Assembly (NCBI GenBank): GCA_000934665.2
Contig: KZ538454.1
Location: 124,001-160,111, forward strand
Direction: 5' to 3'
From: Catajapyx aquilonaris
Lineage: Eukaryota
Length of the DNA: 36,111 nucleotides
The translations under genes were made by a program, and so were the position numbers. Of the stretch, positions 13,024-24,174 are shown in pieces (position 1 is the first letter of the stretch; the number at the start of each line of letters is the position of its first letter). Under the pieces are notes generated by a model. The model did no database searches. It had not been told where the DNA came from and worked only from the letters and a program-made list of their open reading frames with translations.

Positions 13024-13929
13024 AGTGCTCTAAGACGAATTTTAAAATTAAAATTTGATTTTTCAATTGGATTATCCCCATAATGAACCAAGTAAAACAT
13101 TGTATCACAGTAAATAAACGTGTCAACGTGAATATACTGAATAAAATGCATTTTAGTGCATAAATGGTGTGTAATAATGCGGCAGTTTGAGAGTATGCAG
13201 GTAGAGGTCATGATGGGTGATTCTGGGAGGGGTCGGCGATGGACCAGACCCGAGTTAGATGGCTCTCCTATAGGATAGGGAAATAGGAGGGGAGAGAGCT
13301 CTTCCATACGCCACTGTAGCACACTTCATGAGGCGAGCTAACAAGATAATGAGATTTCGCTGCTTGCCCTTTGCGGGCTTTTCCGCCGTGTTGGGTACTC
13401 ACAACCAACGCCGTCGCTTCCCGGGGCCCTCTGCGCTGCTGCCCCAAGATAGAGAGCGAAAGAGGCCCAGGTTGCCATATTTCCAACCATGAAGTCGCGT
13501 TCGAACCGCGCGCGATTTGAATACGCCGCGCTTTTCTTGGCACTTAGCCTGTGGCGTGAGTCACCCTAGGGAAACCTGCCGCACCGCACGTGTTAAGTCG
13601 CGCGACATTTGCAGCCTGGAAAATATGAAAATGGTAGCTTAGCGGAAAAAGCATCGTCCGCCAGTCTACAGCATTGCAGGATTTGTGTGGCTTGGAAAAG
13701 GAAGGATCAAGGCTTCCACTATAGAAAATCGGGGTTAAAACTGAGCTGTAAGGCAAAAGAGGGGGAGGGTTGGGAGGGAAGGGAATAGGGGGAGGGAAGG
13801 GGGTGTCCTGGGAACCAGCCGAGCGCTGAAGGCTGCCTGATTTGCCTTTGATCTCAGGCCCCGTGTAGGTGTAGGGCTCATTAGCTCAAGTGCTGCCGAG
13901 TGGGCCTGGCNGGGGGAGGAAAGGACGTA

Positions 13930-13946
13930 TGTGTGTGTGTGTGTGT
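13930..13946. repeat. (TG)n microsatellite
   Basis: TGTGTGTGTGTGTGTGT read directly. Confidence 0.85.
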
Positions 13947-15097
13947 TCACTATACGCACACTCAAGTTGTTTTGCACCGGCCGTTTCCTTCGCAACCAAC
14001 AAGACATCAGCTTACCTATTGGCCAACGACAGTCTGGCATATAACACACATTTCAAACATATCGGTGCATAGCAAACGCACTAGGTGCATAAAATGCACT
14101 TGTGGAATAAGCGCATCTGGATGCATAAAATAATGTGTTGTTTCATACAGAGTGGGTCATAATATACATGAGTTTCAGGGCCTTGGGGGTAATGACAGTT
14201 TGTCAAAGTGTCAGCAATTAGGGCTGCGAAATTTTCAAAAAAAAAAATCTGATCGCATTACTTTTAGAGCTTGCTCAAACTCGGTGCTTGCAAACATTTT
14301 TACCAGAGGCTGGGAATTGATATCTGATTCCTCTTCAGAAGCAGAGGGATGGGGCAAAAAAAAAAGTTTTTCCTGGGATCCTGCTAATTATCTCCCGTGT
14401 TCTGAATAGGAAATTGATTTTCCTTTCGTTTTTTTTCTTCTTATTCGTCTTCTCCCCTGATCCTTCTTGGGCTTGTCTGCCTCTTCCCGCAGAAACAGCT
14501 AGGCTTTTATTATGAGTAGGAGGGGTCGCAGTGTCGCGAGCAACTTGTTTGCCTCAAATTGCGATGAGAGACCAATCTGCGGCCTAACGATCGAGACTCG
14601 ATGGATTGAGAGCCATTCAGGCTTCGGGGTTCCCGTCTCCCAATTTCCTCTCCAGTCCTCCCCCTACTCGTCTGAGCCATCAAACGGTAATGACCAAGCA
14701 GTAGGATTGCGGTTGATTGGGAGTCATTTTTGGGTCCAAAGGGCGGAAGGGATGTAGAGTCCGGTCAGGGGGGGTGGTGATGATCAGGCTCTTTGGGGAA
14801 TGAGCGAGCCACCGGAACATCACGTTTGGAATAATCGGAAACGGCTTTATGGTCCGACCGCCTTGACCCCCAATCCGCATGTTGGTCACTCAACTCGGGG
14901 TCAGGTTACAGACTGACGCCAAAAAACTGTTGGAAATACATCAGGTCAGTTAATGAGGAATCGATAATCGAATAGCGCCTTGATGATGAGAGTAGGATTA
15001 TAGAAGTGGAGTGTTAGGTGTGTGAGAGGAGAGCTGCGGCTGGGCGGATGTAATTCCAGGCCTGAGTGGGCAGCAGGCGTCGCAGCGACATCCACCA

Positions 15098-15102
15098 TCT
15101 CT

Positions 15103-15138
<36 letters not shown>
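15098..15138. repeat. (CT/GA)n microsatellite
   Basis: About 20 TC units with one interruption. Confidence 0.95.
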
Positions 15139-15140
<2 letters not shown>

Positions 15141-15617
15141 CTCCTCCCCAGCTCTCCTCTCTCCAGCATCGCGGATGTCAATACCACCAGCGCACATCTG
15201 AAGTAATTCTATCTGTTAATTTCATTAATCCGTGAGTCAGTCGGGCAGGAAAATGGCGGCGGAGGGGATGGAAGTGGTGGGGGGAGATGGGAAGAGGGGG
15301 GGAGACGCCTGCCTGCGACAGACGCCGCGGCGGACGTTACTCGACTCTATCCTTTTCCCCTCATGATGGGTGATAATTATTTCCAACCCTGATTTTTTTT
15401 TTCTGTACCCTTATGTGTGGTCGGGTTGCATCCATGTGAGCTACATCTTTGAAGGTTTTGTCAGCTTGGAAGCGGGTGGGTGGAAGAAGGAACGGATTGG
15501 AAAGCTTATCGATGCAAGAAAGTTGCGAGTGGGCTCAGCCCAAAAGGGTTGAGAGCAAGTTGAAGGCAGTTTGGCAGCAAGCAACAAAAGATGCTGGGTG
15601 GAGTTTGGCAAGGGGAN

Positions 15618-15650
<33 letters not shown>
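15618..15650. repeat. Poly-G tract (33 nt) next to an N
   Basis: Read directly; N at 15617. Other long G tracts lie at about 1847-1881, 8638-8648, 10165-10186 and 11994-12013. Confidence 0.9.
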
Positions 15651-15652
<2 letters not shown>

Positions 15653-16046
15653 TGAAGCTGGCTTTTAATAAGAAGTCAGGCAAGCGTGTACTTGTAATCA
15701 GCAAAAGGATGTTAATTTGCGCGTTTGGATATCGACAGCTTTGCGCTAATTAGTTATCAAAGTGTGTGGAGGCATTTTGTTTGAGGAGGGAAGGCCCTGT
15801 TGGCTGGCAGAGCTTGCGGGGGTATCCATCTGCACCGTCTTTTTGCGCCTAGCTGCCTGATTGATTTAGTTCACTTGGGCGCCTGGTGCCGTTGCTGGTG
15901 CCTGCGCTTTAAACCTTGACCCACGCCAAATACAAGCTGCAAAGACTGTGAATCAACAATAATTTAGTGTACTTTCACGCACGCAAGTGAAGAAAATAAT
16001 GTACTGGCGCACTGGTCAGAGTGGATGAAGTGGTCACAATGCTGGG

Positions 16047-16172
16047 CAAAGTGGTGCACCAGGCTGGACAAAGTCGTGCACCAGGCTGGACAAAGTGGTG
16101 CACCAGGCTGGATAAAATAATGCACTAAAATGAATAAAATAGCGCACTGGGGTGAATAAAATGCATTTTAGT
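16047..16172. repeat. 22-bp minisatellite, three near-identical copies plus AT-rich degenerate copies
   Basis: CAAAGT(G/C)GTGCACCAGGCTGGA at 16047, 16069 and 16091, followed in register by TAAAATAATGCACTAAAATGAA and TAAAATAGCGCACTGGGGTGAA. Confidence 0.9.
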
Positions 16173-19100
16173 CCACACTGACATAATAGCAATACCCAAA
16201 AGTGCCCATTTTTTCGAATCACAGTCTTTCATTATGCCTAAGGGTATCCCATTTCCAAGAGGCGGGAAAAACCTTACAGAAAAAAAAAACCCCTCATCCG
16301 CAAGGATTCATTATAATGTTCGGTAATAAACTTTCGGATTCGCTTGATGCCGCCTGTCATCCCGGAATTAAAAATCAAAATATATTACTGAATATGTAAT
16401 AACCAAAGATGGGAAAGTATTGTTTTCATAAAGCCTAGGCGCTCCGTTTCAAGGATTTAGACGAAGAGATGGTTTCCCATAAATTTATAAATAGCCTCAA
16501 GTTGGGTCCGGGAGCTTGGATTAGCCCGGCGGATGCATATTGAGATGGGCCGAAGAGAAAAGGGGGGAGGAGGGAGGAAGGAAGAAGGGGGGGAAGGAGG
16601 AGGGAGAAGATGCTGCTGACATCGTAAATACACGCGCCTGGAAATTCCCTGTCGCCGCTCGGATTTCGGTGGGTTTTTGGGGCGGATGGGAAGGGAGGGG
16701 GGGAGGCTTTTTAGAGGATTTCTTTCTTGCCGGAGAATCGGGGATGGCAGGTTATTGAGGCTTTTTGCCCCATACACAAACTTCCCCTCTGTTCACATTT
16801 TTTTTCGGGGTAGTTTTATCCCCATATGGCTGCTCATTACCAGCAGGTTAAATAATTTTACAGAATTCGTCATTTGAGCACGCTTCCAAAAAAAACTGGA
16901 TCCAAATATAGAAATCGGGTGCTGTGTGTGAAATGATGTATTCATATAGGCTTCGTGACTGCCAAGAGTTTCAGTCGCGTCCTATTTCCAGGAATGACCG
17001 CGTGGCCTTTTATTGTTTGCATAGTTGACTCACCTCTTTACGTGCCCAATGTTTTATGATACGAATGTTCCCATAAAGAACACAACGTTAGCGTGGCATT
17101 GAAGACGAGAAACAAAGACGTCGCCTGGGTTAGATAAAAGAGTTCCTTTATGTGGAGTGTCAATGAGCGAATGCTTTCTCCAAGAGGAGGATTTCACTTC
17201 TAGGGGTCCTGTCCCGGAAAATGTGCCTTGAGGGAACGAGGGCTGGCCCCTAAATATTGCCAGGGAGGAATGTGGCGGCGGATATTCTGGAGAAGAGGAT
17301 TTCAAACAGTTTTGGTCGCGCGAAAAGGGTTTTTGTGTCCGGTTTCGGATTGGGGAGTGAGTGTGGATGTAAATAGTCGGGAGGGAGTTTGGCAGATGCC
17401 CTGAGCCCGCGGGCCATTCGTCTTTTGTCGGCCCCGGCCTGCGAGTTTGATCGGCCAGAAACGCAAAAAGGAGCGGCTGACGTAGGCCGTAAATACACTT
17501 AGAGCCCGCTTTCTTATTTTTTTCGTCTCTTTCTTATCCGTCCCACACCAGTATTTTTGGGTGGGCCAACTGGTGATTTCTGGAGAAGCCAACTCGGCCA
17601 CATTCATTCGCACTCCATCCATTTCTACGTCCCAAACAAACACGTCCCTTCCTCTTATTCTCTCACACGTCCGGGGCTAGAGCGACCTTCACGTGTTTTG
17701 CCAAACAATACTTAACCATATATCTGGTGCGGGTGCGGCACGTCAAAATGTCGCAATACGTCAACCAATAAGTTTGGTTGCCATTCGCCGGCTATACAGT
17801 TCTCTCTGTCTCGAGGTCTTGTAAAATTAATGGGATAGGTTCCCACGGGGGAGTGGACCTCAAGAGAGAGGAAATGGTGGCTGCACAAGCTATCGGAGGA
17901 AATTGTTGCATCCTGCTGGCTGGCCCCATAATTAATTATCGCCGATAGCTGATTGCGCGCTATTAGATGTGGTAAGAAAATGATGCTGACTGCTGCGCGG
18001 AAAGAAAGTACTGCTGGCTGGGTGCTTTCTTTTACATTGTGTGAATCGATCATGAGCCGGCTGACCACACTGTAAGCTTGAATCGGTCAGGAAACATAGG
18101 ACGATTTATCATCCTAAACTGTTGCCGGTGATATGTCTCCTAGTTATGCCGAGTTACGGCATTGCGCGTGATTGTGCGAATCACCCTGTACATAGCGTGT
18201 AATGTAGTGTGGTGAAGGGAGGGTTGAGGGGGGCAGTGGCCATCACGAAAGGTGTTATCTCCGGGATGCTGCAGGGCCCGTTTAAGCTGCCATGACGATG
18301 TCGGAGAGTCAAGATCACCAGGGAAACTGGTCTGTTGTGGGGGCGGGCGGGCGGGCTGGGGGAGAATAGAGAGCGGGGAGGGCTGACACGTCTCCTATCA
18401 GCACCCTTCCTTCCTTCGTCTAGCCACCAACCCCCTCTGAATGGACGCTTGCCAAGCTGCCTGACAGCACAAGTAATCGGACAGAAATTTTGCTGCTGCC
18501 GGGAAGAGGGGGGTGTTCCTCTTTTTGTCTCCTTCCTTCCCAGCATCCTTCCTTCCCTCCCAGATTTTTGCTTTTTCCGCTGGAGCGAACCTTGTCACAA
18601 GCTCGAGCTGAGGTTGCTGCTACAGCAACAGCCAGCCAGCTCACAGCTTTCGATTACTTAATTCATTAATCGCTCGATAAAATCGATGCCGACGCCCCCC
18701 GAGACAATGACGTGCCAGGGGAAGTTGCTGGCGGTGGTGGTGGTGGTGCCGTTGAGTGATGTAGTCGCTCATCTGGCCATGCACAGGCAGCATCTGCAGA
18801 ATCGGTTCTGCCTTAGTCCGCCGCAATTCTCCCGAGTGATATCTGGCTCTCAGCTGAAAGAAACAGTAGAGGCAGCGTCAAGACATGTCACCGCTTCCGG
18901 GGGAAAAGCTAACTCGAATCGGAATCTGATCGACAAAAGCATCTTTTTTTCTACCCCTAAACCAATGCGTCACTGGGTTTCTTGGAGCACGCCATTCCGA
19001 GTCGATGATCGAACGTTTATATCAACTCCGGGAGTCGTTTTCACTTTGCTGCACGCTAGTCAATAATGTTCTTTTTGCCATTATGAGCCGGCGAGGATGG

Positions 19101-19734
19101 GCTGGTCTCAATGCGAATCTGATCGTCCTGTTGAATATTTTCCACAAACGTCTTCGTAGTGGCTGTGCTTCTGGTATCGAAAGGTGCATGGTGGAGCGAT
19201 TTCTGAATAACCGTGCCCAGATTATTCCTTGGAAACAATGTGGGGGTTGGGCAGGGTTGACAGCGACACCAGCGCCTGCGCTGAGATCCGCCAGATTAGG
19301 ACTAGAGCAGGTCAGCTTTTTAACGACGGTTTTCTCCCTGGCGATGTTTATTCGGCATTCGATTTGTCCAGCGGGGGTCCCCTAGCGATACGGCTATGAT
19401 TGAGTGCAGTTTGTTCGTGTTTAACCCTTTCCGGTATGTTGGAAGGGGGTGGGGGTGAAAGAGGGTTATTCGTGCGCTGCTTCTAATCTCTCCATATTGA
19501 CCGATTAATGGCACAGATATGGAATGTGCCAGTCCACATTGTGTAAGTACGCGACTGCATTAGTCACATTTTGACTGAGGGGTTGGGGTGGTCCGTCGTG
19601 GTCCACACCCTGTAAGGTGCTTGAAGCTGTGAGGAGGGACCGACCGTGCGATGCATGGGGTTGGGAGTGTGTCTGTATGACTGTGTTGGTGATGTGAGTA
19701 TGTGGTGACTGATGCGTGGACTTGTTCATTACAG

Positions 19735-20136
19735 CGCGCGACTCTGGCGGAGAAGGAAGTGTCGGCGCTAAAGGAACAGCTGGCGGCCACGTCTCCCGGC
19801 GCTTCCTCGCCCAGCCCTGGCGACAGAGAACGTGAGCGGGAGCGCGACCGGGAACGCGACCGGGAGCGCGACCGAGACAGGGAGCGAGAGCGTGAACGAG
19901 ACCGGGAGAGGGAACGGGGTCCAGGCCCGGGAGGAGGAGGTGGCGGAGGTGGAGGAGGAGGGGGCGGCCCAGGGGCGGATCGGCCCGGTCCTACGTCCCC
20001 GGGGTCGGGGACAGCAGGGGCCGCCCTGGCTGCGACGGCCACCGCTTCTTCGGCGCTGGAGATGGAGCAGCAGGGAGAGCGCGAGCGGCTGGCCCGTTCT
20101 GCCCTCGAGATGGAACTCGCGGCCAAGGAGAAGGAG
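19735..20136 (+). CDS. ct: Homeobox protein cut, second coding exon, 134 aa: coiled-coil block, low-complexity linker, coiled-coil block
   Basis: Lies within ORF 19702-20253, bounded by TACAG|CGC and GAG|GTAAGA; 402 nt, phase 0/0, GC-rich relative to flanks. RATLAEKEVSALKEQL resembles Cut RATLAEKEVNTLKEQL. RSALEMELAAKEKE resembles CUX1/CASP RSSLEVELAAKERE and Cut LAAKDKE (all recalled, not searched). Confidence 0.93.
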
Positions 20137-21873
20137 GTAAGAGACAACGCCTTTTATCACCTATCGGACAAGTTGATCCCTGCCAATCAACTGATAATAA
20201 CAGGCTTTGTACCTAGTCAAGTCCTGGGAAATAATTCCCAAACAGTTCTTTGACATCTAACTCTGAGTAGAATAACGTATGAGCGCCATGGACTTGCAAT
20301 TTGATAATTTGGAGAGCTGATCCTGTGTGGAAAAGACCTGTAGATTGGCGTGGTTTAGGCCTTTAGGGGATATGCAAGCATAGCAGAGGCGATTATGTCG
20401 ATGGATGGATTTGCTCGTTTTTTTACGCGGGCTCTTGTGTGACATTTACGAGTGCGCAGATGACGTGTGGCAACATGTGTGTGACCCGGGTGAGGAGATG
20501 AAGAGGTCTGTTTCCTGACGCCGCCGATGGTTTGTGGGTCGCGTAAACACACATCACGTACAGGCTCCCCTTGTCGTTAGTTCTTGCTGGCCCGTCGATG
20601 GCCCTTGTTTGACTGGTAAAAAAAAGAGTCTCGAATTTGAATGTGAATAGCGCCGGTGGTCAAAGAGCGAGACATGGTATGAGCGATACTTGAGCGAGCG
20701 ATCTCCCCCACAAAAGAATTTCCATGTCGTTGTGTCGCCGGGATCCGCTCGACCTGCCGCTGCTAATTAACCACACTCGTAATTAGCCATCAGCTATTTT
20801 TCTTATCCCGTTTTTGTAGCTGGGGATCGGAACAAAAGTACTTTGCTAGTTTGTTCATTGTGGTCCGGCTCGTAAATTTAAGGGTTTTGGGTGGCGATCT
20901 CCCTCCCCTCTTTGTCTTAATTGCCAGTCGCTGCTAATTACGACGGGTACGTGGCCGCTTCGATCCAGAGGGTGAGATACGTCATAAGCTCCAAGAATCG
21001 ATAAGGTATTGATTACTTATCGGGAAAGGGGGGGTCTGTTCCTCTTTGTTTATTTCGGTGGGTGATGGGGGGGCGGTGTGTGTATGTGGAGAGGGTGGGG
21101 ATTGACTAACTTGGTGATTGTGAGGTTATCGCGAAACAAATCCACACGTAGATATCGATTGACCGATTTGTGTGTCGTTTCGCCAAATCGGGCCTACACG
21201 TCATTGGCACTTCCTTCTAATGGAAAAAGTAGGACGGGTTTTAGACCGGATTGCTGATATTTTAGGGGGGAACCCTGCATAGGTTTCGGTGGCGAATTCC
21301 AGCACGCTTTCGTGAGCGGTATCGGCGGGATTTCCGCAGGAAATTTCCTCCAGAAACGGACGCAAGATGGCCTCTCCCCCATATCGCTGCAATGTGGGTC
21401 GCTCGTTTGAAGAAAACCAATTGTCTGCCGTAAACATTGCTTGACCCTTTATCGCTATCAAAACATTCCCGATATGGCCGATTTTTTTGAGCTTGCATCA
21501 CAGGTAGCTAGAAAGTACGCCTAATAAGCTGGTGTATCGAGGGTAGGCGGGTTGAGGGGTTGGATTGGGGGTGTGACATGCACACACACACTAGCCTCAC
21601 ATACACACACACACATTCTAAGCCTGGCCTTAGTCCGGCGGAGGCCCGCGTGCTGTTGCATGATTTGGCTGACACTTTAATCTCGCGCGACATTTGCAGC
21701 GAGGCACGCAGCCGTGCAGGCGATGGATTTCCGTTCGCTGCCGGTTGACAGAAGCGCTGCCATGGCGTGTGGCTCGGCAGTTAATTCCTTGGCCAGAGAC
21801 CATCGCCGAAAGGAGGAGCAAGCCCCAGAGAGGGAGAGGAGAGCCACCAAAAACAAAAGCTGGGGGGGTGGTC

Positions 21874-21956
21874 GACCATCCGAAAAACACAAGCTTGAGC
21901 TGACCAGTCGAAAAACAAGCTGGAGCTGACCATCCGAATAGTACAAGTTGGGAGCT
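21874..21956. repeat. Degenerate 26-29-bp tandem repeat, 3 copies
   Basis: GACCATCCGAAAAACACAAGCTTGAGCT / GACCAGTCGAAAAACAAGCTGGAGCT / GACCATCCGAATAGTACAAGTTGGGAGCT. Confidence 0.85.
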
Positions 21957-24101
21957 CCAGGATATCTTCATGATGTAATAGATTCTTAATCAGCGATTCA
22001 GAAACGCACATGCACCTATACGCAACTCATGACAGGTCGCCTTCTTGCGTGCCGCCCTGCTAAAATGTCCCCACTAAAGTGTTCTCCGATTTCGTGAAAA
22101 AATATTGAATGTGATGGTCGACTCCGATACAGGCGTACTCATTCGGTGAGTAATTGAAGGCTTGGGGTAATATATAAGAGTAGGATGGTTAGATAAATCC
22201 TCGGCCTGCCCGGGATAAATATTTCACCATGGCAGATAAGGGATTAACAGCCCCAACACGAACTTTCCCCCGCCGAGTCATGAGCGGCACTGCATTTCCT
22301 CTGCAATTGCCACACGGAAGACGCCTTTCCCGCATGGCCTATTGACAAAGTGCGCTTTCTCACCTACACTAATGCTGCCACCACCGGTTCTCCCTGATAC
22401 TACAACCGCGCGCCATCTATCGTTACTTGCTGTTCGGAATTGGAAAAAAGGCGTATGTTTTTGGCATTTTTGAACCCCCCCCCCCTCCCAATTTGTAATT
22501 ATGCTGCCTGTCGGCAAAAACCTGTTTTTCCGGCCGTCCCATGATTGTTTCCATGGCCTTGATTTTTCCTCCTGTTAATTGGCAATATTCAATACCGCGA
22601 CGTGTGTGGAAGTATAGGAAACGGCAAAAAGGGACGTGGGGGTGACGCAATCACATTAGCGAACTTTTGTCCTATTCAGCGGGCGAGAAATTGAGCAATT
22701 TTTTTTTTTTAGAGGGGAGAAGACATGTCATTTTTTGAACCGCATATTCCCAAAAAAAAACGCACTTGAGTTGGCTTGACGGTTGACCGCGGATGGATGG
22801 AAAACTCATTTTCCCGGCAATAAATTTTTAATCGGAGGCTGCCCGGTCAGGTTGTTATTAGAACGATGGCCGGCACGGCGGAGGCTATGATTAGGGAGTC
22901 AATGAGCACTTGTCCGATGAACTGAAGGCTTCTCTTGAAAGGGCGATCGGGATACGCCCTCCGTCTCTATCTTGATTGGCAGCTGGCATATAGGTGGTGC
23001 TGCATCTTCCTTCCTTCCTACCTTTCTTGACATCTACCCTCCTCCAATCGGCCATCCTTTTTCTTTATTTTTTTTTGTGTGTATATGTACCACCGATGCA
23101 ACATTGGCTTGACGCAAGGATTGGAAAAGTTGATTGCATACCCTGTAAAAACGATTCAAGGATTCAGGAACTAGTTGAGAGATTGATCTCCGCAAATGTG
23201 CTTTCCCATCATTAGTCTGCAGAAAAAAAAACCTACTAGCATTATGAAACGCGTGACGGATTAACCGTGTCATATGGGACATGTATGGCGATAGCAATTT
23301 ACCGGACCCCATTACAGCTAGTTCTCAAGGCAAATATATTGTAATGTCAGTTGGTACGCGGCGATATTGGTTTTCTAACGATGAACGTTGCGCAACATGT
23401 AACAAAAGAGCCAGAAGGGGGGCAATAATGATGTCTGCCCCTCTCCCCCGCCCCCTTCTTTTTTATTTTTTGAGGGTACTGTGGTATATATTTTAAGTGA
23501 GGGCTAACTAACCAGACTAGGTCTTGATTCGCGGCGTAGCACAAAAGCGAGCAGAGTAATTCTTGTTTGCACTTGTGTTGCTAAAGGCAAAGGGACTGAA
23601 CAAGGGCCAGAAGGTCCATTTGCATCCATCCAATTCCGTGGTGGTGGGGGAGGAGGGATGGAACTAGGGGGGGCTGTAATTACCGTCTCCGTACGTCGAT
23701 TTGAAGAAAAACCGACGGTAATGTCGTTAACGATCCTCAGCTTAGCCCCGTAATCCAATCTAGGGACGGCGGGATTTTTCAAGGAGAGGCTTTGCTTCGT
23801 GACCGTTCTGGAGGGGGTGGGGAGAACTAGGGAGGATGGGGATGGGAGGGGCAATTAGCGCCGTCCTGTCCTCTGCGCCTCTACGGATTTCCATAATGAA
23901 GGAGGGAGATGGGACGTGTGTCCGGGACAAGCAGGGCTGGAAACCACTGTCCTCCCCAGTCACATTCCAAGTGTGCCCACCTGACGACCTTGACCTCCAC
24001 ACCTGGCCTTCCCGGTGCAAAAACCGGAAGCGCGGCACTTGCTATACACAGCAGACATTTTGAGCCAAAGTTCCGGGGCTGTCCAGTGGTCAGAAAGTTA
24101 T

Positions 24102-24174
24102 CGGTTTGTGCAACCCTCCCCCTGTAATGGTAATCGTACCGATTACCATTACAGGGGGAGGGTTGCACAAACCG
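24102..24174. repeat. Perfect palindrome: 35-bp arms with 3-nt loop
   Basis: CGGTTTGTGCAACCCTCCCCCTGTAATGGTAATCG-TAC-CGATTACCATTACAGGGGGAGGGTTGCACAAACCG, checked base by base. Confidence 0.97.

Larger units (their letters stand above)
3375..19734 (+). other. ct: cut intron 1, about 16.4 kb, GT-AG, phase 0
   Basis: Starts GTTAGT and ends CTTGTTCATTACAG, with a branch-like CTGAT at 19709-19713. Joining the exons gives FWQQ|RATLAEKEV, the conserved Cut junction. Contains four single-N positions, so the true length is uncertain. Confidence 0.88.

Noticed and set aside
19560..20147. Minus-strand 195-aa ORF with an RS-domain-like (SR)n and poly-Pro tract
   Set aside because: It is the antisense shadow of the (D/E)R and poly-Gly codons of cut exon 2; homology and splice signals support the + frame.
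19702..20253. ORF-track 183-aa ORF as a stand-alone gene
   Set aside because: It has no true ATG start, and similarity to Cut is confined between the AG at 19734 and the GT at 20137; the flanks are intron read-through.
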